A stretch of 64,000 nt of DNA, from positions 42,482-106,481 of the IMG/VR virus record IMGVR_UViG_3300047509_000156; one strand, 5' to 3'. Made by a program: the position numbers and the translations under genes. The notes under the pieces are model-generated. The model saw only the letters and a list, made by a program, of their open reading frames with translations. It was not told the DNA's origin and did not search any database. Of this stretch, positions 47,653 to 56,801 are shown one piece after another; the first letter of the stretch is position 1, and the number at the start of each line of letters is the position of its first letter. The DNA is from a virus.

Positions 47653-48141
47653 ATGGGAGACCGTAGCCGCTTCCGACTGTTCGCTCAACTGATCGCCGAG
47701 AGGTTCCCTGACCGCAAGGCGCGAATCGCCGACGTGGCCTGTGGCAAGGGGCAACTGCACAGTGAGTTGCACCTCCTGGGTTATCGCAACGTCGTCTCCT
47801 GGGACAAGCGGAAGAGGAACCTGCGGCGACTTTCAGTGGGATTCCGCTACGAGTGGTTCGACTACCGAAACGCTCCCAGGGGTTACGATCTGGTGGTTGG
47901 GATGCACCCCGACGAGGGCACGGACCACATAATCCTGTACGCCGCCAAGCACAAGGTTCCTTTCCTCGTCTGCCCCTGCTGTGTGCTTCCAAGTGCTGCG
48001 GAGTACGGCGGGCAGCGTGCCTGCTACACGGACTGGATGCGTCATCTCGTCGGTTTGGCACGTTCCCGAAGGATGACGACCGACACCGTATCTTTGCCGA
48101 TGGATGGACGAAAACAGGTAATCGTGGGAGGCTGTCGATGA
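47653..48141 (+). CDS. SAM-dependent methyltransferase-like protein
   Basis: ADVACGKG.L, VVGMHPD, PF.V.PCC. Confidence 0.8.
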   Translation: MGDRSRFRLFAQLIAERFPDRKARIADVACGKGQLHSELHLLGYRNVVSWDKRKRNLRRLSVGFRYEWFDYRNAPRGYDLVVGMHPDEGTDHIILYAAKHKVPFLVCPCCVLPSAAEYGGQRACYTDWMRHLVGLARSRRMTTDTVSLPMDGRKQVIVGGCR

Positions 48142-48473
48142 GCGTCATGAACCTGCGCTGGCGTTCCGATTCCAAGGTGGAACTGACCCTGTGCTGGCCG
48201 GACGGTCGCAGTTTCGTTACCGTTGCCACGAGAAACGGTGATCACATTGACATCGACACGCCTTATTTCCCCGACAAAGGCGACATCGATTCAGTCGAGG
48301 CGATACGCGACGTGACGCAGTGGTTGGCGCTGGGAGCCTGCTGTGCCCAGATGCTTGTCGGGTTCGACCACGCCACACTGGAAGATCTCGTCGCCGGCAG
48401 GAAGATGCTCCAGATTCCCAACCCGATCATCTCCATCACAATCGGGGTGGTGGACGCTGTGGAGGATAAGTAA
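48138..48473 (+). CDS. Hypothetical protein
   Basis: Coupled ORF. Confidence 0.5.
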   Translation: MSVMNLRWRSDSKVELTLCWPDGRSFVTVATRNGDHIDIDTPYFPDKGDIDSVEAIRDVTQWLALGACCAQMLVGFDHATLEDLVAGRKMLQIPNPIISITIGVVDAVEDK

Positions 48474-48973
48474 TGTCAGAACGATTCATGACGCCCGAGA
48501 ACGGGCTTTGCTCCTTTTTGCCGAAACGAAACGATTTGAGGTATTTAAGAGTAAAAAAGGAGCAAAGCCCCGAGAACGCCGACGCCTTCGTGGATTTTCC
48601 GCCCGCCCGCAAGGAATGCCCGAATCATCTTCCCGATGGGAGGCTTTGTGCCCGCTGCCACGGTTTCGGCGGCTGGAACCTGGAATTGAACGCCTACCCG
48701 AAAACGAAGGAGCAAGAAGATGCGATCCGCGACAACCTTCGCAGGTGTCCGGTGACGAACCTGCCCGGTCCCGACATGACGAACGCCGAGTTCCGGCATC
48801 ACTATGTCCACTTCCGCGCCAGTTGCTCCAACTGCAACGGCTGGGGTTGGGTCAAGAAGGAACAGGGCGATCATGTCCACGAGTGGGTGGAGAGCCGCAA
48901 TGTGGGGAAATGCCTGAACGAGTACACCTGTAAGACGTGCGGTGAAAGGCAGACGGTGGATTCGTCGGACTAG
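48473..48973 (+). CDS. Zn-finger protein
   Basis: C..C.G.G motifs. Confidence 0.65.
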   Translation: MSERFMTPENGLCSFLPKRNDLRYLRVKKEQSPENADAFVDFPPARKECPNHLPDGRLCARCHGFGGWNLELNAYPKTKEQEDAIRDNLRRCPVTNLPGPDMTNAEFRHHYVHFRASCSNCNGWGWVKKEQGDHVHEWVESRNVGKCLNEYTCKTCGERQTVDSSD

Positions 48974-49356
48974 CGGATGGTATTGCGCCCGGCCTGCTGG
49001 TCGGGTGTGGATTGAAACGCCTGAAGCGCCATGATCTCCTGTTGCTTCCTCTCGATCTCCCTGGCCTTCTCCTCGCTCTTGCGGAGTTCCGCTGCCTCGA
49101 TGGCGGCGGCCAGGTCATCGGCACAGTGCCCGATCAGTGCCTTGGCCTGGTCGATCGACAGGGTGATCTCTTCGTGGGTCGCCGTGGGTGTCGGTCCGGA
49201 GTGGTGCATAAGAGGAGGAAGGGGCCGGCGGATCTTGATGGACGTACCGGAGGCGAGGATCAAGATGGCGTCGGGAGGGAGGGCTTTCTTGGCCATGTGG
49301 GACAACCTTACGGGTGGGGGCGGAATCGGCTCTGGGAGGCGGTAAACGTGGTTCAT
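48970..49356 (-). CDS. Hypothetical protein
   Basis: Coupled ORF; C-terminus encoded by the antisense of a CRISPR-like repeat. Confidence 0.55.
   Translation of the reverse strand: MNHVYRLPEPIPPPPVRLSHMAKKALPPDAILILASGTSIKIRRPLPPLMHHSGPTPTATHEEITLSIDQAKALIGHCADDLAAAIEAAELRKSEEKAREIERKQQEIMALQAFQSTPDQQAGRNTIR
48983..49018 (+). CRISPR. Solitary CRISPR-repeat-like unit
   Basis: TTGCGCCCGGCCTGCTGGTCGGGTGTGGATTGAAAC; 9-bp stem with 2 G-U pairs. Confidence 0.7.
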
Positions 49357-49553
49357 TCCTTCGGCTTCATGATGTCGGCGTACATGGACTTGGCGTCCTC
49401 GTTGAGGGAGTCGGCCAGTGACTTACCGCCCTCGGCGCGACGCTGCTCGGAGTATCCAATTGCAACTGCTTGTGCTTCTGGTTTTCCCGCCCGGCGTTCC
49501 GTGGCGATGTTCTCGGATCGTGCTTCGTCCGAAGGGGAATGGTTAAGCGGCAT
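49353..49553 (-). CDS. Small phage protein
   Basis: MPL....S..A.S.NI..E..AGKP..QAVAI motif. Confidence 0.7.
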   Translation of the reverse strand: MPLNHSPSDEARSENIATERRAGKPEAQAVAIGYSEQRRAEGGKSLADSLNEDAKSMYADIMKPKE

Positions 49554-49902
49554 GGCTGGCTCCCTCTTTCTCTGGGGCGACGACGGCGAGCAGGTGGCTC
49601 TCCGGCATGATAACCAATGTTTTGCCGTTATGCTCAACCTCGGAGCCCTGGTAGCGCGGGTAAAGGACGGTGTCGCCGACCTTAACCGTCAGAGGGTAGC
49701 GGCCTTCCGTCGCGTATCGCGTCTGGGTCTTGGCGGAGAGCATCTCGGGCACTACGAGTCCTGGCCCAACAGCAACCACGGTGCCGCGCTGCGGCTTATC
49801 CTTGGCCGTATCAGGGATGTACAGACCGCTCTTGGTCCGGTCGGGTGCCTCCAGAGGATCGATGACAACGCGGTCGTTCAGAGGAGAGATCGGGTAACTC
49901 AT
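49543..49902 (-). CDS. groES: Co-chaperonin GroES
   Basis: PLNDRVV, TKSGLYIPDTAKDKPQRG.VVAVGPG, VKVGD.VLY..Y.G. Confidence 0.95.
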   Translation of the reverse strand: MSYPISPLNDRVVIDPLEAPDRTKSGLYIPDTAKDKPQRGTVVAVGPGLVVPEMLSAKTQTRYATEGRYPLTVKVGDTVLYPRYQGSEVEHNGKTLVIMPESHLLAVVAPEKEGASHAA

Positions 49903-49984
49903 GGAATTACTCCTGGTTTCGTGGTCACAGGTTACTACGAGTAGCGTATATGACTCGTCGCCCGTCAGCAACACGGAGAGAAAG

Positions 49985-50370
49985 ATGAATCACATTGAAG
50001 CCTTGCGGAATCTCCAGCAGGAGACTGGGCACCCCGGTCACGAACTGGGTACGTTCCTGCTCCAGAACAGCAACTCGCTGCCTTACCTCGCGGAGCAGTT
50101 GAAGTTTCAATCCCCTCCTTCGCGGGGCACTTCTGCGGACTCAAGGAGAAGAACGATCTGGACGCACACCGCTGGCGCGATTACGAATTGGTGGAAGTCG
50201 GATGGATTAACGGCGTGAATCCGAAGACGGCCCGCTCGCTTGTTGAGGCCGGCGTTCTGGTCGAGGACATGCCTTTCGATATGGACGCGAACACCAACTC
50301 CCATGTTCGCCTACCACGGCTGGAAGAGGTGTATCCGAGAATCGGCAAGCCGCTGATCGATGTTCTTTGA
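49985..50370 (+). pseudogene. Gene apparently interrupted by a CRISPR-like repeat
   Basis: Own promoter at 49924; MNHIEAL..EQLK in one frame and KEKNDL..VEAGVL in another, flanking the repeat. Confidence 0.5.
50104..50140 (-). CRISPR. Solitary type III-like CRISPR repeat
   Basis: GTCCGCAGAAGTGCCCCGCGAAGGAGGGGATTGAAAC, 37 nt with CCCC/GGGG stem. Confidence 0.7.
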
Positions 50371-50703
50371 CTACGGCAGACGAATCTGCCCGCCCAGTAA
50401 TCGCCTCAAGGCGTGAATAATCTCTGCCCGCCGGGAACGCCGGTTCTCGGCAGCCCTGGCGTCCACCCGCGATAAGAAAGCGAGGCTTATACTTCTGAAC
50501 GTGCATCCCAGCAGTCCCTCATTCTCCTCGCTGTCGAGGTCCACGACGGACAGCGGCGGCCGGTCGAGGTGGGACGCGACGGCAGCGAGGACGACGGCCT
50601 TGCGGGTTCTTCCCAGCCGGGCCGCTTCCCGATCAAGGCCGGCGACGATCCAGGAGGGGATCTCGACATAGAGCATCTTCAGGCAGGCTTCGCGTTGCAT
50701 GAG
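50371..50703 (-). CDS. Tandem ribbon-helix-helix protein
   Basis: LD.EA.RLGRTR..V and RVD.RA....RSR..EI; start uncertain. Confidence 0.6.
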   Translation of the reverse strand, partial: LMQREACLKMLYVEIPSWIVAGLDREAARLGRTRKAVVLAAVASHLDRPPLSVVDLDSEENEGLLGCTFRSISLAFLSRVDARAAENRRSRRAEIIHALRRLLGGQIRLP

Positions 50704-50811
50704 TCCAGCATATACAAAGCGCCCGAACCCAAGAAGGAGAAATACCAATGACAGCGACTCAGAAGATCCAGCGATTTCGCTCAAGATTGCCCTCAAAGAA
50801 GCCAAATAGCC

Positions 50812-51189
50812 ATGACCATTACTGACCTGGAAAACCTGCTCGCCCTGGTCCTAGCGGACGGACCCGGCGCCGACGTGCAATTGATCGCTGCCGACGCGGC
50901 AGAGGACGCCGACCGTCCCTTCCTGGCTGAATGTCTGCGCTGGATGCACGCCGGCAAGAAGTGGCCAGATCATGGTGAACATTTGCCAGATGGAGCAACG
51001 TGGAGGTGGTATGAAAGCAGCGATCACCCCGAATCGTCGCGTCTCCCACAATGCGAGGGAGAGTTTGTTAAGTTCTGGCGTTCTTGGAAATGGCATGATT
51101 CGGTTGCTACTGCTATCCGTACCTTGTGGAGCGATTGGGAGACTGCCCGCAGGAGCGGATGGCAGCCGGAAAACCTGTCACAACCCTGA
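50812..51189 (+). CDS. TIGR02996-like protein
   Basis: LLALVLADGP..DVQLIAADAAEDA. Confidence 0.65.
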   Translation: MTITDLENLLALVLADGPGADVQLIAADAAEDADRPFLAECLRWMHAGKKWPDHGEHLPDGATWRWYESSDHPESSRLPQCEGEFVKFWRSWKWHDSVATAIRTLWSDWETARRSGWQPENLSQP

Positions 51190-51244
51190 CCTTACGACGT
51201 ATCTCTAATATCGCCCCTAACCCGCCAAGAGGAGGGATGAGACG

Positions 51245-51544
51245 ATGACACCCACAGTTACGCGACAGACGATCCTGATTCGGCCGGTCGGCGGTAGTGA
51301 CGACACCGGCACCTGGGACGAGTTCCCGCTGGACGACCAGGCCGAGGCTCGCGTGTTGGATCGCTGGCCGGATGCCGAGATCCGGGGACAGGTCGCCATC
51401 AGCCGCGCGACCTACAAACAGGCTCCTTCGGTGATCGGTGCAGACCTGACACCGATCTGCCGCCAGCAGGTGGAGGGAGAGATCCGGTCGCGCATGAGTC
51501 AGCATCCGGTACAGGTCGCGTCGATCCGTAGCTACTACGTCTGA
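51245..51544 (+). CDS. Hypothetical cassette gene
   Basis: Promoter at 51177 plus CCCGCCAAGAGGAGG leader. Confidence 0.65.
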   Translation: MTPTVTRQTILIRPVGGSDDTGTWDEFPLDDQAEARVLDRWPDAEIRGQVAISRATYKQAPSVIGADLTPICRQQVEGEIRSRMSQHPVQVASIRSYYV

Positions 51545-51608
51545 CCCCCACCCCCTCCGGCCAGCGGCACCGGCGGGGATAACGAGGCCGCTGAGGGAGG
51601 GGTGGGAG

Positions 51609-51848
51609 ATGGAAAAGTCAACGCAGTGTATGCACGGCCGTGCATATTGGTCACAGGGAGGGTGCGTAGTTCGCTCAATGCACTCTGAATCGAAAAGCGT
51701 GTACGAGTTCACCTTCGCTTCGGAAGCGGAGGCTCAACAGGCTGTCGAATCCAGGGGCCCCTATTCGACCTGGGGTGCATCGGCATTCACTGATGCACAC
51801 GACGGAGGCAGGGGGCCGCGTCCGCTTCGCGTCGAAAAGGTCAGCTAA
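51609..51848 (+). CDS. Hypothetical protein
   Basis: GGAGG RBS. Confidence 0.5.
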   Translation: MEKSTQCMHGRAYWSQGGCVVRSMHSESKSVYEFTFASEAEAQQAVESRGPYSTWGASAFTDAHDGGRGPRPLRVEKVS

Positions 51849-51895
51849 CCCCGCCCCTCGCCCCCGTGCGGCCTGGCCGCTGAGGAGGATCACCC

Positions 51896-52093
51896 GTGAA
51901 ACTCACCATGCGACTCTTGGAGGCGATCATCGAAATGGCGACTTGTGTCGAGGCCGGTAGCGTCGATGACTACCGTGGTGGTTCGGAGTCCGTGGCTGAC
52001 CGCAAGGCATACGAGGACGCAATCGACGCCGGTCTGTGGGCACGGCAGGAGAAGCGTCGGCGCGGGCAGCGAAGGATGGAGGCTCACCGATGA
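51896..52093 (+). CDS. Hypothetical protein
   Basis: AGGAGG RBS. Confidence 0.55.
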   Translation: MKLTMRLLEAIIEMATCVEAGSVDDYRGGSESVADRKAYEDAIDAGLWARQEKRRRGQRRMEAHR

Positions 52094-52350
52094 AGGAACT
52101 CAGTCTCAGACAGGCCCAGCGCTGCGAGGAAGCCCGCGAGCCGGTATGCAAGTGCCGGTGCGGTGGGAGACTGCACGGCGCCAAGAGGAACGGCGGCAGC
52201 GCGTCCTTCTTTGGCGAACTGCCCGAGGACGACCCGCACCATGTTGACACGCCCGCGCAAAAGCGCGAGAAGCGTAATGCGAAGAAGCGAGCGGAGACGG
52301 AAGCGCGATTTGAGGCGCGCATGAAGTACCTGGGAGGACTGACCAGTTAA
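52090..52350 (+). CDS. Cys-rich small protein
   Basis: C..A....C.C.CGG..HG. Confidence 0.65.
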   Translation: MKELSLRQAQRCEEAREPVCKCRCGGRLHGAKRNGGSASFFGELPEDDPHHVDTPAQKREKRNAKKRAETEARFEARMKYLGGLTS

Positions 52351-52705
52351 GGAGCTGCTTGACCTTGCCTCGTGGATCTCCCGCCACCCGCGATTCAGGA
52401 GCCTCTTGCGGTTCCTGCCGGGTGGGGGATTTGTGCGGATCACCGCCGGCCGTAATTGGCTGGACGTGGCAGATGCGGCCGGGGTGTTGCGGAGTGTGCT
52501 GATAAGCCGTACAGCCCGATCGCGCATCGCCCGCCTCTTCGAGAGCGAAGACTTGGGACCATCAACCCTCGCCGCCGCCACCCACGCCCTTCGCCAGCGT
52601 GCGGCACAGCTGCGACGTAGGTATCCCGAGGGGTAATTTTCTGTCACAACGGCAGCGTTCGACCGTATATCTGATCGTCGCCCTACCCGCCAAGGAGATA
52701 GAACA

Positions 52706-52933
52706 GTGGAGAATCACAGCAAATTCCTCGCCCGTGCCCTGTACTGGAGCGAGGGAAACAAGGAATTCCGCCGGCAGAATCAGTTCTGGGACTGGCGCCT
52801 TTCCGCCTGCCCGTATCCTGTCCTCTCGGAAGCCTGGGAGTGCTGGCGTACCGGCTGGCTCGCAGGGATGGAGGAAGCCAGGGGTGAGCGGTATAGCGAT
52901 ACACCGGATGGGGACGGCGACGTTCCTTTTTGA
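52706..52933 (+). CDS. Rmf/CrpP-like small protein
   Basis: CPY......W..GW motif; promoter at 52643. Confidence 0.55.
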   Translation: MENHSKFLARALYWSEGNKEFRRQNQFWDWRLSACPYPVLSEAWECWRTGWLAGMEEARGERYSDTPDGDGDVPF

Positions 52934-52999
52934 TCGGTCACAATCGCCCGATGGTTGCGTATATAAGTTGTTCGCCTCAAACAGCCAAGGGAGAGAAAC

Positions 53000-53563
53000 A
53001 TGACGACTGCACAAGAGATTGAAACACTGGCCGCGCAGATGGGGTTGAGCCTAAAGACGGAATTCGTGCCCTTCTCGCGGTCCCGTAACAAGGGCGAGAA
53101 ATCGCCTTCGCTCAACTGGAAGGTGACGCTATGGAAGGGACTGGCTGGGCCGGCTGTCCCGTTGCCTTCAATCGAAGCGCACGCCATCTTGACGACCGAC
53201 TACAGCGCCGGTTGCGCCCACTGTCCGAGTTACGAGCAGGGAAATAATAACGCCCCTCGCGCCGTGGCGGTCGATGCCGAGTGCGAGACCGGGTACGCTC
53301 ATAGCATCATGGGCATGAATACAAGGAAAACCGGCAAGCGGATTGCGCCGTCCTTCGCGGACGTGCTGTATTCGCTGGTGATGGATGCGGGCGTGATCGA
53401 CTACGGCAACTTTGAGGAGTGGGCCAGCGCTTTCGGCTGCGACATCGACAGTCGCACAGCGGAGCATACTTACCGCTCCTGCCTGGAAATCGCGCTCAAA
53501 CTGCGAAACGGCATCGGTGAGGAGGCATTGGCAAAACTCCGCGAAGCGTTCACCGACTACTAA
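53000..53563 (+). CDS. Hypothetical phage protein
   Basis: P...DVL.SL..DA...FEEWA..FG.D.DSR.A...Y..C; promoter at 52937. Confidence 0.75.
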   Translation: MTTAQEIETLAAQMGLSLKTEFVPFSRSRNKGEKSPSLNWKVTLWKGLAGPAVPLPSIEAHAILTTDYSAGCAHCPSYEQGNNNAPRAVAVDAECETGYAHSIMGMNTRKTGKRIAPSFADVLYSLVMDAGVIDYGNFEEWASAFGCDIDSRTAEHTYRSCLEIALKLRNGIGEEALAKLREAFTDY

Positions 53564-53624
53564 CCGTCACATTATCGCCCCTCTGTCGTATCTACCCTGT
53601 CGCCCCTTCTTTGGAGGAAAAGTC

Positions 53625-53801
53625 ATGTTTGAGGATTTGACAGCGGTAAAAGCCTGGCTGTTGTGGGCCGGACTCGGAAAGCAGATCGACACGCTATCCG
53701 AGGGCCTTTGCTACGAAGATGACGGCGATACTTATCGCCTGATCGGTAAATGCGAAGAGATGCGTGCCGCCCTACTTCCCTTGTGGGAAGGCAAACTGTA
53801 A
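53625..53801 (+). CDS. Small cassette gene
   Basis: Promoter at 53566; GGAGG RBS. Confidence 0.55.
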   Translation: MFEDLTAVKAWLLWAGLGKQIDTLSEGLCYEDDGDTYRLIGKCEEMRAALLPLWEGKL

Positions 53802-53834
53802 CCCTATCGCCCCTTCTTAGGAGGTTGTGGAACC

Positions 53835-54047
53835 ATGCCGGAAACGATTGGCCCTGTACTGGTGGAAGCGGAATTGCTGGAGCAACTGGCAGCGAAGTGG
53901 GAAGATACGGCGGCTGAATTTCGCTACGAAATACACGGCACCAACGAGCAGACTCCTAGTTACGGATGGCTGCAAGGAAACGCCAGATCGTACCGTATGT
54001 GCGCCGAAGAACTCCGTGCCCTCATCGCCTCCAAGAAAGGACCGTAA
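53835..54047 (+). CDS. Small hypothetical protein
   Basis: AGGAGG RBS. Confidence 0.55.
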   Translation: MPETIGPVLVEAELLEQLAAKWEDTAAEFRYEIHGTNEQTPSYGWLQGNARSYRMCAEELRALIASKKGP

Positions 54048-54117
54048 TCTAGGCTGTCACAAGGAAAAGATCCGGACGTATATGAGTTGCCCACAACATC
54101 CCGCCAAGGAGAAAACC

Positions 54118-54660
54118 ATGAGCAAGAGAGAACTGCTTTCGATCCGTACCGCACTAATTCAGGACGACAATCCCGATCTGTCCTACCTCGGAAAGTGGGC
54201 CAGTCGGTCCAGGGGACAACACTGGATCGACCGCGACACGGGAACGCTCTACGACCCCGACGGCAACGAGATCGCCACGCACGAAGACGGTGGGGTGTTC
54301 TTGGACCGCAACGCCTTCGAGCTGTTCATCGTGGGCCAGTGGGCCGGTGATGAGAACGTGAAACTGTCCGATGCCATCGAGTACTCTTTCCGCGACTGGA
54401 AGCGCATGGAAGCCTTTAACGACAACGAATGGGAGATGTACGGCGTGGTGTGCCGGGCCAAGTGGAAGGATGAGGCGGGATACGAGCATACGATCGACTC
54501 GCCTGGACTGTGGAGAGTCGAATCGGACAGCGGCAAGGACTACTTCCGCGAGATAGCCGAAGATCAGGTGTCCGAGATCCGCGCCGATCTCGAAGCGTTG
54601 GGATTCTCCGAGGAGGAGGTAGCCGCTGCGATGGACCTGGAAACGATCGAGTCGGAATAA
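54118..54660 (+). CDS. Acidic hypothetical phage protein
   Basis: D.D.SYL, S.GLW.VESDS...Y; promoter at 54056. Confidence 0.7.
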   Translation: MSKRELLSIRTALIQDDNPDLSYLGKWASRSRGQHWIDRDTGTLYDPDGNEIATHEDGGVFLDRNAFELFIVGQWAGDENVKLSDAIEYSFRDWKRMEAFNDNEWEMYGVVCRAKWKDEAGYEHTIDSPGLWRVESDSGKDYFREIAEDQVSEIRADLEALGFSEEEVAAAMDLETIESE

Positions 54661-54720
54661 CCTGTCACACCTTCGCCCGTTGTTCGTATCTCATTCGTCG
54701 CCCCAATACGAGGACAGGCC

Positions 54721-54921
54721 ATGATTGCAACCATCAAAGAGGAATGCGCGTGTGCCTGGTGCAATTCGCCGCTCTATGTGGGCGACAGGGCCATATTCGA
54801 TGACGGCAAGGACGGCCTTTATCGCTGGTGCTGTAATCCCAGGTGCCGCGACCGCGCCCGCCGCAAAGCCGGCCTGCCCACACCGATGCCTGCCCCGGCG
54901 CCGGTTGTATGGGACGATTAA
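54721..54921 (+). CDS. Small Cys-rich cassette gene
   Basis: Promoter at 54664. Confidence 0.6.
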   Translation: MIATIKEECACAWCNSPLYVGDRAIFDDGKDGLYRWCCNPRCRDRARRKAGLPTPMPAPAPVVWDD

Positions 54922-54982
54922 CTGTCACACCTTCGCCCTTCAAGCGTATATCCCGGTGTCGCCCGTTCCAGGGAGAAAGCCA

Positions 54983-55528
54983 GTGGACAAGATCAGCCAG
55001 ACCGCTACCATTGTGGACTACCACGCCATCCAAGAGGCCATCGACCGCGAACCGCTCGAAAGTTACCATCGGCTCGCCTTGGCTGATTGGGCGGAAGAAC
55101 ACGGCGACGCGATCACGGCCAAGAGGCAACGCGACATCGCAGTTGCCATCGAAGATCCCAGCAATTACGCCGTCGCCTACTGGCAGGGAAGCGAAGCGCT
55201 GGCGCACGCTAGGGGCAAGGAAAAGAAGCTGGCCGGCAACACCTACCTCTATCGCATCGACCGCGACCGGCTAGGAATCCGCCTGCACAATACTACCATC
55301 GTGGAGATTCACGCGGACGGTACTTTTACGCTCAATTCCGGCGGATGGTTGACGGCGGTAACGATGGATCGCATCAGCGAGAACAGTCCGGCCCGGTTGA
55401 CTGGTCGCAACGCACAGCGCCGCCGGAACAGCGAAGACATCGAAGGCGTCTGGTGGCTCCGCTTCGACGGCAAGGTCGTGCCTTTCTTCGACGGAATCAG
55501 GATCGACGCTTACGGATGGGTGATTTGA
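54983..55528 (+). CDS. TIGR02996-like N-terminus fused to a phage domain
   Basis: AIDREP.....LALADWAEEHGD, then LH.T.IV....LNSGGW.T..T..RI. Confidence 0.75.
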   Translation: MDKISQTATIVDYHAIQEAIDREPLESYHRLALADWAEEHGDAITAKRQRDIAVAIEDPSNYAVAYWQGSEALAHARGKEKKLAGNTYLYRIDRDRLGIRLHNTTIVEIHADGTFTLNSGGWLTAVTMDRISENSPARLTGRNAQRRRNSEDIEGVWWLRFDGKVVPFFDGIRIDAYGWVI

Positions 55529-55588
55529 TCCGGTCACAAAGCGCCACGGATGGCGTATTCCCTTCGCCCGCATTCCTCTGGAGAGAAC

Positions 55589-55738
55589 ATGAGACAGCCA
55601 GTGTTGCTTGACCTGTTCTGTAAAGCCGGCGGAACGTCGCATGGCTACGCTCGCGCTGGATTCGACGTGATCGGCGTTGATATTGAACCGCAGCCAAACT
55701 ACCCGTTTAACCCCATCGTCCAGGCTGATGCGCTATAA
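55589..55738 (+). pseudogene. Truncated DNA cytosine methyltransferase
   Basis: LLDLFC.AGG...GY..AGF.V.GVDI.PQPNYPF..QADAL then stop; catalytic PPCQ absent. Confidence 0.8.
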
Positions 55739-56103
55739 GTGCTTCGCGACCTGATCTCTGGTATCGGTATCCAGACGCGCGGCAGGATGCTGAAGCGCTA
55801 CCTGTTGGAGCGCTACCCTTATGGCTGGGGAAGCTACACTTTCCCCATTGAGCTAGGCAAAACAGCCGGCCAATCGTGGAGCGGTTCCGGCAACAGCATT
55901 TCCGCTCGCGATATTGATTCACGTTACTAGAGAACGTTGGTCACAACCATCTCGCCAGAGCGTATATGAGGCATCGCCACAAACAAGGGAGAAGACCATG
56001 AAACAGGCAATCGAAACACTGGCCGGCGAGATGGGACTGACACAACCTCGCCCCTGATGCGTATATGTGTTGTCGCCTTCAACCCGCCAAGAGGACAGAA
56101 GAC

Positions 56104-56721
56104 ATGAGCAATCACGGCATCGACTACGGCATGGGAACGACGAACATCGACCGCGAAACGGGCATCCGCTACGGGGTTATCTCCGTCCATGAGGTAACGC
56201 AAGCGTGGTGCGATTCGTCGGAAGCGGACTACGGCGAACCTCGTTGCCCTGAGTGCGGCAATGATGCGGTTGATGGGGATTCCGCTATCGACAATGACGG
56301 TATCTTGGACGATCTGCGGGAAGAGGGCACGTTCACGCCGGAAGAAATCGAAGACGGCGACAGGCAGTATCTCGGATGGAAGATCTTGCACCACGCTTGC
56401 GGCGACTACGCTTGCGATTCCTGTCGTCTGCTGTTCGACGGCGAAGACGCCTACGGTGACGAACCGCTCTCCTTCACCTTGGACGATGGGGAGTACAAGG
56501 CGGAACAGGGTAGCGACGGTGATATCTTCATCTTCTCCAGCCCGTACTACACCTACGCTCAGTTCTGCTCCCCCTGCGCTCCTGGCGCGTGCTACCTGAT
56601 GAATCCGACCGATACGGATGGACCGAAAGCGTACTGTTTCTCCCACGATTGGTTTGATGGAGGCAAGGCGCCGTATCCCGTGTACCGTGTCTCGGATGGA
56701 ACGCTGGTCGAGCCGGAATAA
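56104..56721 (+). CDS. Acidic Cys-rich phage protein
   Basis: N.D.ETGIRYGVI, SPY...CSPC.PGA; promoter at 56039. Confidence 0.75.
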   Translation: MSNHGIDYGMGTTNIDRETGIRYGVISVHEVTQAWCDSSEADYGEPRCPECGNDAVDGDSAIDNDGILDDLREEGTFTPEEIEDGDRQYLGWKILHHACGDYACDSCRLLFDGEDAYGDEPLSFTLDDGEYKAEQGSDGDIFIFSSPYYTYAQFCSPCAPGACYLMNPTDTDGPKAYCFSHDWFDGGKAPYPVYRVSDGTLVEPE

Positions 56722-56801
56722 CAACCGTCCGCGCTGGTCACAATGGGCCGGCGCGGACGTATCTTGTCCACCCGAACAATCCTAGGCAAAGAGGTGATGC
56801 G

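Noticed and set aside
52990-53025. GAGATTGAAAC as another CRISPR repeat end
   Set aside because: No hairpin; encodes EIET at a gene start
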